38,682 bases of DNA from a phage. The DNA is taken from sequence record PQ400058.1; one strand, 5' to 3'. Of the stretch, positions 18,041-28,036 are shown piece by piece (position 1 is the stretch's first letter; the number at the start of each line of letters is the position of its first letter). The notes beneath the pieces are model-generated. The model did no database searches. It was not told the DNA's origin and saw nothing but the letters and a program-made list of their open reading frames with translations. The position numbers were made by a program, and so were the translations under genes.

Positions 18041-20431
18041 TTAAATACCGGAACTTCTCCGTAAGTAGTTACCTTCCCAGCCACACCCAATGATGTTCAG
18101 AGGGGTAGTCTCATCTGACAAGATGTATACTGTATTGAACTTGGCGTTGCCCACCACAGGGAATCGGTATTGTCCGGTCCCTAAGTTCAATCTCCCAGCC
18201 CTCAGAGCGTTAGAGCCTAATCGCGCGCCAGCCATTGTGTACTTCCAGTTGGACGATTGGTTCTCAACATAAATGTCAAATGTGCCAGACTCCTCATAGT
18301 TAACCCACGCTCGGCGTAACTGTAAACGACCAATGTCTTCCGTGGAGGTAGACCCATCGTCGGCAGTTTGCTTAATGAGGAACTTAGAGAACTCATAGAC
18401 GAAGTGTATGTTGAACCCAATGAACACTTCACGTCCCTCTAAGTTACCACTGAGTCTCAGCCAAGGGTCACTATTCCACCCACCAGTTGGTTGCTCACAT
18501 ACGGTTATCTTACCATCAGGCTCCAATACTGTGATTGTGTCCCTCCCGAAGTTTGCACCACCATAAATGGTTGGAATATGGATAGAGGTAGTGAACGTGT
18601 CATCGTTGTATGTTCCACTCGGAATCGTGTAGCGAATCTTCATGTCCATAAAGGCACGGTAAGGTTCACCTTGTAAATCAATGGCGTTCTTAGTGAAAGA
18701 GATTTTAGCTAGGAACGTATTGAATTCATTACGAAGAATAACGTACATATCTGAGTTGATGCTCTGGCACGCTAGAACCTGCACGTTTGCCCCAAAGTCC
18801 CAATGGGACCACGACTGTTGTCTTAACTCTTCGTTCAGGTACAGGAATTTGTACATGAAGATTTTACTTGGGTCCCCTTGAGATAGTACCGAACAGAAGT
18901 TTTCCGTACCACTGCCGCAAATACTAAACACACCATTTGGGATATAGTTAGGAACATGTGCTGTAATGTCCTCAGCGTTCTTAACGGAACTGACATCCTG
19001 CACAGCGTAGTACCTGTGGATGGACGTGTAGCTGGACCTCGGACTAGCAAAGTAGACATTACGCCCAATCCCATAAGGTCTCGCTCGGTCCTGTACATCA
19101 AACTGGGTCGTTAGGTTCAACTCAACTGACTTCGACGTGAGAGTACCGGAAGCAGTCAGGACGAACTGAGCTTCGTCTGACCAAATGAGCAACTCCTCAG
19201 AGAACGGAACGGCATACTTAAGGATTGCGATTCGGTTGGTACTCACAGCCACATCAATAGGGTCATCGTCACTCAAGTTAGCGATTGACGCTGGGTAGAA
19301 GTTGAAGTACTTAGCGGTTCTACTCAGGATGATATTCTCACCACTAAGGAAACCCAAACGGTTACGGAAGAAGAACACATCGTTGATTGTGGAGTCCATG
19401 AAGGAAGGCCATGGGTTTGTATCGTCATCACCGCAGGTTTTAGGGTTCCACTCAAGCCATCTGAACTCAAAGTTGCCATCAGAAGCCCTAACGAGTGCAT
19501 GTGGCATCGTTTCATATAGAAGCTGATTGTTAACGTTCCATCCCAGTGTCTCCACCCATACTTTGCGAGTAGCATCATATCTGACGTAATATTGATCAGC
19601 AGACTTTGACGCATCCCCTACGATTTTCACCATGTATCCATCAGGAGCGTTAGGTGGCAGCTTAGAGAACGACTGAGCGTAGTGAGTAACAGGATTAATC
19701 AACTGGTCCGCATAACCATCCTTAGTCACTAGGGAGTTAATCTCACCAGCAGCGTCAGCAATAATGTGAATGAAACCCTGTCCAACGTTAAAGGTCCATC
19801 CGGGAGTATTTGCCCGAAGTTGTCGCGCAAGTTCCTCAGCGAGCCATTGAGCATCCGTGTTATTAACATGTGCTGGCTGTGAGCCATCAGGAATCTGGTA
19901 GCTTGCTTGGGTTCCACCGTTTATCTGAATCTGTAGTGTTCTACCATATTGACCACCACGAACGTTGATTAGCGCATCCTTCTTAGGGTTAAACCCAGGA
20001 AGGTTTACCGAGTTGGGATTGCGTGCTACCCTTACGTTTCTGTTAACGATGAACGTATAATCAGCCACAGTGACCATCCTCAAGTCATTCCTTGGGTTTG
20101 CAGTGTTTATATACGAGGAACCATCTGTAGGGTATCGCACCTGTTTTTCGTTACCAGCAAGGTCAAACACACGGATTCCTGTCCCAGTGAACACAGCGTA
20201 ATACTGTTCGTTTTCGTCACGGTTAATCAGATGGATGTAAGGTGCTTGTCCTAAATCACCGCTTCCTCCTAGGGTCTTAAGGAAAACCATAGGTGGACGC
20301 TTTTGGAGGCCCTCGGTCTCCGAAGACCAACCGTTAACCTGACGTGACCCTTGGTCTGGATAACGAAGGATGTCAGGCTGTTGACTGATACCACCCTTCA
20401 AGTTCTTAATTGATTGGCTAATGAGTGCCAT
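18041..20431 (-). CDS. 12: Tail tubular protein B (gp12)
   Basis: Track ORF 796 aa MALISQSIKNLKGGISQQPDILRYPDQG... Confidence 0.93.
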   Translation of the reverse strand: MALISQSIKNLKGGISQQPDILRYPDQGSRQVNGWSSETEGLQKRPPMVFLKTLGGSGDLGQAPYIHLINRDENEQYYAVFTGTGIRVFDLAGNEKQVRYPTDGSSYINTANPRNDLRMVTVADYTFIVNRNVRVARNPNSVNLPGFNPKKDALINVRGGQYGRTLQIQINGGTQASYQIPDGSQPAHVNNTDAQWLAEELARQLRANTPGWTFNVGQGFIHIIADAAGEINSLVTKDGYADQLINPVTHYAQSFSKLPPNAPDGYMVKIVGDASKSADQYYVRYDATRKVWVETLGWNVNNQLLYETMPHALVRASDGNFEFRWLEWNPKTCGDDDTNPWPSFMDSTINDVFFFRNRLGFLSGENIILSRTAKYFNFYPASIANLSDDDPIDVAVSTNRIAILKYAVPFSEELLIWSDEAQFVLTASGTLTSKSVELNLTTQFDVQDRARPYGIGRNVYFASPRSSYTSIHRYYAVQDVSSVKNAEDITAHVPNYIPNGVFSICGSGTENFCSVLSQGDPSKIFMYKFLYLNEELRQQSWSHWDFGANVQVLACQSINSDMYVILRNEFNTFLAKISFTKNAIDLQGEPYRAFMDMKIRYTIPSGTYNDDTFTTSIHIPTIYGGANFGRDTITVLEPDGKITVCEQPTGGWNSDPWLRLSGNLEGREVFIGFNIHFVYEFSKFLIKQTADDGSTSTEDIGRLQLRRAWVNYEESGTFDIYVENQSSNWKYTMAGARLGSNALRAGRLNLGTGQYRFPVVGNAKFNTVYILSDETTPLNIIGCGWEGNYLRRSSGI

Positions 20432-20451
20432 TAGAGCCTCCTTATTTACTA

Positions 20452-21042
20452 TTAGCGAGTCAGTAGACCAGAAGTGAACGCATCGCCATCCAGCATATTG
20501 TACCCACCGTAGTCCACTTCGTACTCCATACAGAGACGTCTAGCCTCATCTTCCTCTTCTTGGAGTACACCCTCTACTTCCGGTGCCCCAAAGAATCGGT
20601 TGTTGAACTGACGGGAAGCCTTGGTGACAATCCAATAACGGAAACATTCAGGCATCTCGTCGTAGTCACGAAGGCGAATAATGTTAACGGTAATACCAGA
20701 GTCAAATCGGTCTGTCTGGCTCGTTCGGTCATACACATAGCCACCTCGGTTCACGTAGATTGATTGACCGGAAGTAGCCATTAGGGACAAATAGTCGTCA
20801 CTGTATACAATCAGGTTGGAGTAAACATCAGGTAATAGCGTTATGCCTTCCTCAATGTTGAACGTCCATCCACGAGACTGAATCTGACGGTTAATCTTGT
20901 TGAGAATACGCCGAGCGTTCGCTACGTCTGCGTTAGAGTCACCTTCCAGCGTCGATACCGGAGGTTCTCCGATAGATGCCAGAATGTCGTTCACAGCGGA
21001 TAACTCAGCGGCAGTCTCAACGTTCATATCGTATGAGCGCAT
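20452..21042 (-). CDS. 11: Tail tubular protein A (gp11)
   Basis: Track ORF 196 aa [28 protein letters not shown]... Confidence 0.93.
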   Translation of the reverse strand: MRSYDMNVETAAELSAVNDILASIGEPPVSTLEGDSNADVANARRILNKINRQIQSRGWTFNIEEGITLLPDVYSNLIVYSDDYLSLMATSGQSIYVNRGGYVYDRTSQTDRFDSGITVNIIRLRDYDEMPECFRYWIVTKASRQFNNRFFGAPEVEGVLQEEEDEARRLCMEYEVDYGGYNMLDGDAFTSGLLTR

Positions 21043-21059
21043 ATAGTTCCTCCTTTAAG

Positions 21060-21107
21060 CAAAAAACCCCTCAAGACCCGTTTAGAGGCCCCAAGGGGTT
21101 ATGCTAG
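21060..21107 (-). terminator. Tphi T7-RNAP terminator hairpin
   Basis: Minus strand CTAGCATAACCCCTTGGGGCCTCTAAACGGGTCTTGAGGGGTTTTTTG, a GC stem followed by a U run, immediately after the 10B stop. Confidence 0.92.
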
Positions 21108-22303
21108 TTATTGCTCAGCAGTGGCAGCAGCCAACTCAGCTTCCTTTCGGGCTTTGTTAGCAGCGCGGGTGCGTGCGGCCTTCTGTGCTGGCGTTAAGGT
21201 TTCTTCTGTTGAAGTAACACTCACCTCTTCGGGACTAGCAGCGACCGTTGAGGTCACTCCCAGCATTACTCCCCCGTGAAAACCACTGCACCAGCAGCTT
21301 CTGGGCGCAGACCACCGTGGCCCATTGCGTACTTAGCGATAATCTGGTCCGCTTGGAAGTTAGCACGGCGAGCGCGCTCCAGAGCCAAGTCACGCAGCTT
21401 AACAGTACCTACCGCAGAGCGGTGCATGAACAGGCCGATAACGTTGTCCTTAGCAACCTTGGCATTACCATCACCTTTATTGGCAGGGAAGACGTGCTTC
21501 TGACCAGTAGTGCCCTCGCGAGTGGTACCAGCGCCACCAGCGGTGAGGTGCGGAACTTCTACAACCTCAAAGCCCATAACGTTGCGGATAGAACCCTTCT
21601 CAGGGTCAATCAGAGCAGCGTAGTTTGCTGCGTTCGGCATAAGTGCTGCCAGAATCGCAGAGTAGCTATCTGGGTCACAGTAGAACACACGGTCAGCAGC
21701 CGGAACGTAGTTCTTGGTCAGAGCCGCACGAGCCTTAGTCAGAGCCGCAATAATCTCCTTACCAAGCGCAACTTGGTCGGTAAGTGCAGACTTGTTCTGA
21801 GTGGTCTCAATTACGGTAGCAGTACCTAAGCCCTCGATGTTCTCATTATATTGGCTTTCCACGTTACACAGACCAGCAATCTCTGCCAGAACCGCACCGT
21901 CCGCAGCCATCGCCAGAGATTCACCTAACTGAGAGGTGTACTCGGAGCGAACATCATAATGGTTCATCGCGTCCTCAATATCGTAAATCAGAACGTCAGC
22001 CGTCAGGAGACCATCAATGGTGATTACCTTCTCGGTGTGTTTGATGTCCTTACGTTTATCGTCGAGGTTCTCACCCGGAGCCAGATACGCTGCCTGAGTG
22101 CGACCCAGAACAGGGAACTGAGCGGATTTACCGCTGGAGATGGAACGGACCATGTGGCGAGAAGTGGTCACAGAGGTACGAGCGAATGCGGTCAGAACTT
22201 CACCGCCAAATACCTTCAAGAACAACGCCAGTTTATCGGCACCAGCACTTACGCCTTTACCTTGGTTAGTACCAATTTGCTGTCCACCAGTCATGTTAGC
22301 CAT
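21108..22303 (-). CDS. 10B: Minor capsid protein 10B, made by -1 ribosomal frameshift near the end of 10A
   Basis: -1 frame after GGTTTTC (about 21278..21284) reads ...GVMLGVTSTVAASPEEVSVTSTEETLTPAQKAARTRAANKARKEAELAAATAEQ, stop TAA 21108-21110. Confidence 0.75.
21266..22303 (-). CDS. 10A: Major capsid protein 10A
   Basis: Track ORF 345 aa MANMTGGQQIGTNQGKGVSAGADKLALFLKVFGGEV...; preceded by phi10 and the GGGAGACCACAACGGTTTCCC leader. Confidence 0.95.
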   Translation of the reverse strand: MANMTGGQQIGTNQGKGVSAGADKLALFLKVFGGEVLTAFARTSVTTSRHMVRSISSGKSAQFPVLGRTQAAYLAPGENLDDKRKDIKHTEKVITIDGLLTADVLIYDIEDAMNHYDVRSEYTSQLGESLAMAADGAVLAEIAGLCNVESQYNENIEGLGTATVIETTQNKSALTDQVALGKEIIAALTKARAALTKNYVPAADRVFYCDPDSYSAILAALMPNAANYAALIDPEKGSIRNVMGFEVVEVPHLTAGGAGTTREGTTGQKHVFPANKGDGNAKVAKDNVIGLFMHRSAVGTVKLRDLALERARRANFQADQIIAKYAMGHGGLRPEAAGAVVFTGE

Positions 22304-22365
22304 ATGTATGTCTCCTTCTTAAGAAAGTTAAACAAAGAATAATTTCTAGAGGGAAACCGTTGTGG

Positions 22366-22388
22366 TCTCCCTATAGTGAGTCGTATTA
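22366..22388 (-). promoter_or_regulatory. T7 RNAP promoter phi10
   Basis: Minus strand TAATACGACTCACTATAGGGAGA followed by the leader hairpin and AAGGAG RBS. Confidence 0.92.
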
Positions 22389-22401
22389 ATTTCAGAGTCT
22401 A

Positions 22402-23325
22402 TCAGAAGTTCGAATCGATTACTTTCTGTTCGACTTGACGACGATAGTTGGCATCTGTGCGATACCGAGGGTCACTCATAGCTTTAATCATCTCGCTACG
22501 GTCCGCAAAGCCTTCACGCTTGGTAGCCTGAGGTTTAGCCGGAATAGCACGATTAGTTACACTACGAGTTGGCTTACGACCAAATGCCTTAGCGCGAGAC
22601 TCACCAGCCAAGTTGATGATAGCCTTAACGGTCGCTAAGTCACGATTGGTCAGAGCATTGTCCAGCGACTGTGCAGCCTCAGGGTTGTGCGTCTCAAGGT
22701 GATTATACAGTGCGTCAAAGCGTTCACGACCACCAGCGTACTCAATGACACTGTTTACGTACTGCTCCACCAGAGCTTCTTGACCACGAATGTATGAGTC
22801 AATGAAAGCCTTCGTGTAGCCAATTTCAGCCAGCTTAGCGTAGGACTCAGCGGACAACTCTTCGTTCTCCTCGTACTCACGCTGGATAGCCTCAATGGTC
22901 TCGACACTCATTCCACGCTCGGCAGCAATGTTAATCATCTCTTGGAAGCCTTCTTCGTGCTCGCCAAGTTGCTCAGAGGCAGCTACCAGTTCTTCTGGGG
23001 TCTCACCCAGTGGGGTAAACTCTTCGGAACCTTCGGTGCCCTCAACGCCTTCTTCTCCAGTGTCCACATCGGTCGGCTCTGAACCATCACCAATACGAAC
23101 CTGAATGCGCCCCTCATCGTCCTCTTGACCGAACGGGTCAGAGTTGTCATACAGGTCACGTTCTGTTTCCACTTCGTCGGACGCTAACTCGATTGCATCA
23201 TCGCCATCACGGGCAGCAACATCAAGAGCCAGCATGTTCTGCTCATGTTCCTCAACGGAACCACCAGACATCACAGCGGAGTTCACGCCAAAAGATGCAT
23301 ATACGTCTGCATTAGATTCAGCCAT
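22402..23325 (-). CDS. 9: Capsid assembly (scaffolding) protein gp9
   Basis: Track ORF 307 aa, highly acidic, MAESNADVYASFGVNSAVMSGGSVEEHEQN... Confidence 0.9.
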   Translation of the reverse strand: MAESNADVYASFGVNSAVMSGGSVEEHEQNMLALDVAARDGDDAIELASDEVETERDLYDNSDPFGQEDDEGRIQVRIGDGSEPTDVDTGEEGVEGTEGSEEFTPLGETPEELVAASEQLGEHEEGFQEMINIAAERGMSVETIEAIQREYEENEELSAESYAKLAEIGYTKAFIDSYIRGQEALVEQYVNSVIEYAGGRERFDALYNHLETHNPEAAQSLDNALTNRDLATVKAIINLAGESRAKAFGRKPTRSVTNRAIPAKPQATKREGFADRSEMIKAMSDPRYRTDANYRRQVEQKVIDSNF

Positions 23326-23404
23326 TATTATTGTCTCCTTAAAGTTGAACTACAGGAAGACCGAGTACTCCAACCTCTTGTCATCGCTCATTTCAAAGAT
23401 GAGG

Positions 23405-23427
23405 TCTCCCTATAGTGAGTCGTATTA
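23405..23427 (-). promoter_or_regulatory. T7 RNAP promoter phi9
   Basis: Minus strand TAATACGACTCACTATAGGGAGA; overlaps the gene 8 stop. Confidence 0.9.
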
Positions 23428-25035
23428 AATGCCCGGCTGTAGACCTACGGAATCAGCAGCAGCAGCCATAGCCTCAGGTGAAGCTGTAGCCTGTGCAGCC
23501 ATACCTTGAGCCAGCGCAGCAGCACCATTATCCATACCCATTTGCATAGACTGTTGGGCCATCTTCTGTTGCTTCTGTTCTTCGGTGAGAAGGATACCAG
23601 AAGTGTCAATACCGATAGCGTTCGCAATGCGCAACTTAATCATCGCAAGGTTGATGTCAGGGTCATCGCGCATAGGAGCTAGGGCAGCCCACGCAGTGAC
23701 ACAACGCTCCAACTTATCAAGGTCTTGACCTCGACCAATTGCTTCCAGACCTGTACTAATAGTTGGCTCTACGGCTTCCTTAGGTAACTCAGGAATCTGT
23801 TGCGTGGCTTGTAGTTGCTTCAAGAGCACTCGTACCAGAGGCAATTGTAATTCTTGAGAAAGGATAGAGTAGACACCGCCCAGAGTATCTTCAAGTTCAG
23901 AAGCTACATACCGAATCTCTTCGGCGGTCACACGTTCGCCTGTACGCTGAACCGCAGAGTTCAACATGAAGGCAAACGAAAGGCGAGCCTCGATAGCGTC
24001 ACTTACGGCTTTAGCTACAGTAAAGTCTGCTTGCTTCTCCAGTTGGAGGAACGAGATGTCTTCTGGACGACCTGTAACGAAGTCACCAGTCTGAGCTTTG
24101 GTAAGTCGGCGTGGCTGGGTGATACCAGCAGGATTCACTAAGCCGATAACCTTAGAGCTAATCATGGACATCTTGACGATAGCCTCTTGGAGATTCTCAA
24201 GGGACCGTAAGTCACCTAAGTATTCCTCAATGTACGAACGACCGTAGGATTCACCATCCAGACGAACCATTCGAATCGGGATGTATGGGCAAGCCTCTTT
24301 AGGGTAAGACCCATCGGAGCCTTGTATCTCCATACCTTCAACCTCTTCGTAGCGGAGATATTCGTCTGACTCTTCGTCCAAGTAAATGTGAGTGTACACA
24401 TCAATGGTCTCATCAGGTTTCTTCTCGCCGCCTTGACCTTCTACAGCCTTACGGATGTCCTCAGGGAGAGCACCAAAAGCTATCTGGTCACGAGTCACCA
24501 TTTGCAGAACGTTGCCGAATGCGTCTCGTTGGACCACATAAGAAGACAATCGGTACAGCTTCATGGGATTATAGTTTGACCCTTCTGGTTCCGGTAGGTA
24601 CAGCAGGACGTTACCAGCTACGACTAACTGCTTGAGAGCCTCAAAGAGAGTCACTCGGTAACTGTTAGACTCAATGTAGTTCATGATGATACGCTCTACC
24701 ATCGAGAGACCCTCATCGACCTTAGCGAGTCCATCGGGGTCGTCCAGTAACTGTTTAGCCTCATACTCAGAGATGGTCAGCTTCATCCACGTTTGCATCG
24801 GGAAGAGAGCCAGCATGAGCTTAGAGGCCAAGTTATTGAGACCGCGAGCACCCACAGCTTGCCACGGAGTCGTGTAGTCTGTTGATGCGTTATCGGAATC
24901 CTTAGGGAAGAGGGACGGAATGGTGTACTGAGCGCAGTTTTGAGCACGAGTCTCATACGGAGCGCGGTCGTTCTTCAATCGCTCATAGACCGACTTTGCG
25001 CCTTCCTCGGCTAGACCTGTACGCTTCTCAGCCAT
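23425..25035 (-). CDS. 8: Portal (head-tail connector) protein gp8
   Basis: Track ORF 536 aa MAEKRTGLAEEGAKSVYERLKNDRAPYETRAQN... Confidence 0.93.
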   Translation of the reverse strand: MAEKRTGLAEEGAKSVYERLKNDRAPYETRAQNCAQYTIPSLFPKDSDNASTDYTTPWQAVGARGLNNLASKLMLALFPMQTWMKLTISEYEAKQLLDDPDGLAKVDEGLSMVERIIMNYIESNSYRVTLFEALKQLVVAGNVLLYLPEPEGSNYNPMKLYRLSSYVVQRDAFGNVLQMVTRDQIAFGALPEDIRKAVEGQGGEKKPDETIDVYTHIYLDEESDEYLRYEEVEGMEIQGSDGSYPKEACPYIPIRMVRLDGESYGRSYIEEYLGDLRSLENLQEAIVKMSMISSKVIGLVNPAGITQPRRLTKAQTGDFVTGRPEDISFLQLEKQADFTVAKAVSDAIEARLSFAFMLNSAVQRTGERVTAEEIRYVASELEDTLGGVYSILSQELQLPLVRVLLKQLQATQQIPELPKEAVEPTISTGLEAIGRGQDLDKLERCVTAWAALAPMRDDPDINLAMIKLRIANAIGIDTSGILLTEEQKQQKMAQQSMQMGMDNGAAALAQGMAAQATASPEAMAAAADSVGLQPGI

Positions 25036-25049
25036 GTGTCACCTCCTGA

Positions 25050-25352
25050 TTAAATATTGATGCCGCCACCGGAGCTACGAGCCACACTCAAGGATTTCTT
25101 ACCACCAGCACGGGCTTTCTTACGTCCGCTTTCGGTCTGTGCTTCGTCCTCAGTGGAGACCTCTTTCTCAGGTACGTCAACAATCTGTGCAGCAGGAGTT
25201 GCAGCAGCCTGTGGCACTTCCACTACCTGCGCTTCACCAGCGCCACCAGCCAGACCACTGGCAACCTGTTTAACCGGACGAGCCACTTCCTTAACGACTT
25301 TCTTAACGGACTTAGTGACTTTCTTCACGGCCTTCTTGACTTTCTTACCCAT
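25050..25352 (-). CDS. 7.3: gp7.3 virion (tail-associated) protein
   Basis: Track ORF 100 aa MGKKVKKAVKKVTKSVKKVVKE..., lysine-rich. Confidence 0.85.
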   Translation of the reverse strand: MGKKVKKAVKKVTKSVKKVVKEVARPVKQVASGLAGGAGEAQVVEVPQAAATPAAQIVDVPEKEVSTEDEAQTESGRKKARAGGKKSLSVARSSGGGINI

Positions 25353-25355
25353 AAC

Positions 25356-25757
25356 TTATACCTCCTTAAAGTATACACGCATTGTCTCGCCTTCATGTTT
25401 ACAGCGGGACACCCAATTGCAATCGTGGAGTTCTGCAAGGTTCTTAAAGCGTTTCGCTATGAATCGCTGTAAGCCCTTAGAGTCTGCCTCAGGATTAATA
25501 ACAACGGACGTTATATCCAGAATGTCTCCTTTGTGGTGAATGTCACAGCTTACGCACCACGCGAAGTACGCTACATGTTTTCCGGTAGAGTCCAGAATGT
25601 ACTCTTCACGACAACCGGACATGTCCATTACTTCGTCTACGTAGAGGCTGTAGCCCACAAAGTGTCCTTCGAATCCTTTAGGCAACCCAAGGTGCTCTAC
25701 AGTCCACCGGATTGCACGGAAGCGACTCTTGGCCTCCACACATGTGAACGCAGACAT
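25356..25757 (-). CDS. 7: gp7 virion protein
   Basis: ATG 25757 (MSAFTCVEAKSRFRAIRWTVEHLG...), overlaps the 6.7 stop (TGATG); 133 aa. Confidence 0.85.
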   Translation of the reverse strand: MSAFTCVEAKSRFRAIRWTVEHLGLPKGFEGHFVGYSLYVDEVMDMSGCREEYILDSTGKHVAYFAWCVSCDIHHKGDILDITSVVINPEADSKGLQRFIAKRFKNLAELHDCNWVSRCKHEGETMRVYFKEV

Positions 25758-26023
25758 CACTTCTTGCCTCCAAATGCGGACTTACGGATTGAAGATTTCA
25801 TACGAGCGGAGCCATTGCCGCTGGCTTTAGACTTCGCTACGGAATCATCGCGTTCGACCTTGAGGTCTTTGCGTCCAGACACTTCGGTGCCTTCGGTATC
25901 CGTCTCATCAGAAGACCCACCGAACTCTACGCCAGACACTTCTTGGGTCAGTGGCGCTGGCTCAACGGCTCGAATCTGATTGGTATCCATCTTCGGAACT
26001 TTAACTTTCGGTGAGAAACACAT
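25757..26023 (-). CDS. 6.7: gp6.7 virion protein
   Basis: ATG 26023 (MCFSPKVKVPKMDTNQIRAVEPAPLTQEV...), 88 aa. Confidence 0.85.
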   Translation of the reverse strand: MCFSPKVKVPKMDTNQIRAVEPAPLTQEVSGVEFGGSSDETDTEGTEVSGRKDLKVERDDSVAKSKASGNGSARMKSSIRKSAFGGKK

Positions 26024-26027
26024 AAGG

Positions 26028-26282
26028 TCAATCCTCCCCATCATCTCTTAGTTGTTCCTTGCGTAACTCAATCTCGTCAATGACGTTAGAGGCATACTGT
26101 AGGCCCTGAATGAAACCCAAGATGTGGGCTTCACTGCAACCATTGGCACGCATAAGTCCTATATGACCAGACGCTTCGAGGTACGCATAGTTGAATCGAA
26201 CCTGTAGATACTCAGCGGTTGCACGAGGTACATCTGGAATATCGTTAGGGTTCTTAAGTAAATGGTTAATAGGTGTTAGCAT
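26028..26282 (-). CDS. 6.5: gp6.5
   Basis: Track ORF 84 aa [40 protein letters not shown]... Confidence 0.88.
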   Translation of the reverse strand: MLTPINHLLKNPNDIPDVPRATAEYLQVRFNYAYLEASGHIGLMRANGCSEAHILGFIQGLQYASNVIDEIELRKEQLRDDGED

Positions 26283-26289
26283 AATAAAG

Positions 26290-26336
26290 ATTCCTCTTAG
26301 AGTTAAATCTTAAAGTAATAATCATAAAGGCCCCTA
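26290..26336 (-). promoter_or_regulatory. RNase III-type site (R6.5-like)
   Basis: ATCATAAAGGCCCC element immediately downstream of phi6.5. Confidence 0.45.
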
Positions 26337-26359
26337 TCTCCCTATAGTGAGTCGTATTA
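26337..26359 (-). promoter_or_regulatory. T7 RNAP promoter phi6.5
   Basis: Minus strand TAATACGACTCACTATAGGGAGA. Confidence 0.9.
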
Positions 26360-26379
26360 ATTTAGGGACCTTGAGTTTA

Positions 26380-26493
26380 TCACTTAGTGTCGTGTAACGA
26401 CTTGATTATTCGGGCTAAGTCCCAAAGGCCCCACGCAATGAGGCACACTCCGAGACCACAAAGACCAAGACCAATATACGCTACGGTCTCCAC
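26380..26493 (-). CDS. 6.3: gp6.3-like small hydrophobic protein, 37 aa
   Basis: GTG 26493 with AAGGAG 7 nt upstream, overlaps end of gene 6; (M)ETVAYIGLGLCGLGVCLIAWGLWDLARIIKSLHDTK; no in-frame ATG available. Confidence 0.55.
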   Translation of the reverse strand: METVAYIGLGLCGLGVCLIAWGLWDLARIIKSLHDTK

Positions 26494-27383
26494 AGGTAAA
26501 TCTCCTTGTCAATAAAGTTGTACTCGTTGAACCGGAGGATGCGAGCCATCTGGCCCTGCTTGATAATATCCTCTTCAGTCATACCAGCCTTAGCACCAAT
26601 GGACTTAATGCAGTCCCAAAGCGTCTCATGAGGCTCAGGGTCGCGTTTAACCCATTTAGTGACCTCTTGGCCTTTGTTCTTGCCAGACTTAAGCACAGAC
26701 GTTTTAGGCTCGGTTATGAACGGGTTATTCAAGAAGTCCTCGGCAGTGTCTCCCCACCCAGCAATCCCTGAGTAACCATCGGTGATGTCACCTTTGATTG
26801 TCTGGAAGAGGTGCCACCAGTCAGCGGACTCTTCTGTCTGAGTAAGGATGTTACCAGTGGTACACCACAGGAAGTCACAGTTAGGTATGGTCTTAAAGTC
26901 CTTATCGCACGAGATGATTACAGCCTTACGAGCACCGAATGCAGACGGATTGGAGGCAATAACTCCCATAACGTCATCACCCTCAAGCATAGGCTCACGG
27001 ATGCAATAGAACTCTTCGCGCTCAAAGAGAGCCTCAAGGAACTCAAAGTAACCTACAGGTTTCTTAGTTGCCTTACGGTTGGCCTTGTAGTTAGGGTCCA
27101 CGAGTTCCTTACGCCAGTTCACACTATCGGTGAACGCAAGGACAATCGGAGCGCCTACCCAAGCCTTCTTGCGGGTCTCGTAGGACTTGATGGAATCCTC
27201 AAGAATCTGACGGGCCTTAGCGTGGTCACAGCAGCGGTGCCAAATCTCTTCCTCCCATGAGGCATCAAACTCAGCAGCACTCATTGCTTGGAAGACCAGC
27301 CAGTCACCGTCCATCACGAGGATACCCTTGTCATCACAGCCTTCGCGTAACTCATAAAATTGTTTAAGGTCAAGAAGTGCCAT
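26481..27383 (-). CDS. 6: 5'-3' exonuclease gp6
   Basis: Track ORF 300 aa MALLDLKQFYELREGCDDKGILVMDGDWLVFQ... Confidence 0.93.
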   Translation of the reverse strand: MALLDLKQFYELREGCDDKGILVMDGDWLVFQAMSAAEFDASWEEEIWHRCCDHAKARQILEDSIKSYETRKKAWVGAPIVLAFTDSVNWRKELVDPNYKANRKATKKPVGYFEFLEALFEREEFYCIREPMLEGDDVMGVIASNPSAFGARKAVIISCDKDFKTIPNCDFLWCTTGNILTQTEESADWWHLFQTIKGDITDGYSGIAGWGDTAEDFLNNPFITEPKTSVLKSGKNKGQEVTKWVKRDPEPHETLWDCIKSIGAKAGMTEEDIIKQGQMARILRFNEYNFIDKEIYLWRP

Positions 27384-27528
27384 TAAGTTTCTCCTCTAGC
27401 TCAGCCACGTATTCGTCAGCCTCCATCAGTTGATTCTTAAGGCTATCGTTCTCACGTTCCAGAGAGTCGATGTAGCCCTGCATATCGTTCCACGCATCGC
27501 GAGGAATTGTTACAGTGTCACGCACCAT
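27370..27528 (-). CDS. 5.9: gp5.9 RecBCD inhibitor
   Basis: ATG 27528 with GGGAGGG RBS; MVRDTVTIPRDAWNDMQGYIDSLERENDSLKNQLMEADEYVAELEEKLNGTS, 52 aa. Confidence 0.85.
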   Translation of the reverse strand: MVRDTVTIPRDAWNDMQGYIDSLERENDSLKNQLMEADEYVAELEEKLNGTS

Positions 27529-27737
27529 CAGACACACCCTCCCATACGTTTCAGAAAGCGAGTACCAGAAGCCGTGATTTCCCAAGCGCCACCATTACGT
27601 CCACTCGTAGTCAGACACGAGATGTGACCACGGGATGCGGCCTCAGCTACGAGGCTCGCGTTGTTACGTACATAGTTTGACTGGAAAGTCTTAGGGCAAC
27701 TTTTGATTGCTTGCAGCACTTTCAGGTAGTCAGACAT
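27528..27737 (-). CDS. 5.7: gp5.7
   Basis: Track ORF 69 aa MSDYLKVLQAIKSCPKTFQSNYVRNNASLVAEAASRGH... Confidence 0.88.
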   Translation of the reverse strand: MSDYLKVLQAIKSCPKTFQSNYVRNNASLVAEAASRGHISCLTTSGRNGGAWEITASGTRFLKRMGGCV

Positions 27738-28036
27738 CAGAACACCTCCCGTACTGTTGCAGGAGATAGCTTGAAGGAGTCCTTATCTGAATACTCTTCG
27801 TGCATGTCCTTGATTGCCTCACGGAATGCTGTACGTACTACGAATGTCATCAAGCCTTCCATACCGTATGTCAGGAACTGGACAATCATTTCCTTCTGTT
27901 TACCATTGGGGACAATTGCACCAGAGCCTACCTGCTTACACAGGTGCAGCATGTCTTTCTCTAAGATTGCCTGAACGTCAGACGACATCTTGGCGGTAAC
28001 GTCGAAGGACACTTTAAATTTCTTTGTCATAGCCAT
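27737..28036 (-). CDS. 5.5: gp5.5 (H-NS-binding protein in T7)
   Basis: ATG 28036 with AGGAG 8 nt upstream; MAMTKKFKVSFDVTAKMSSDVQAILEKDML..., 99 aa. Confidence 0.88.
   Translation of the reverse strand: MAMTKKFKVSFDVTAKMSSDVQAILEKDMLHLCKQVGSGAIVPNGKQKEMIVQFLTYGMEGLMTFVVRTAFREAIKDMHEEYSDKDSFKLSPATVREVF

Noticed and set aside
21248-21829. Plus-strand ORFs of 100-190 aa (21248..21829, 25057..25539, 34108..34638, 28875..29384, 12125..12550 and similar)
   Set aside because: Each lies antisense inside a well-supported minus-strand gene (capsid, gp7.3/7, gp2.5, DNA polymerase, gp16); no promoter or RBS support; likely chance ORFs
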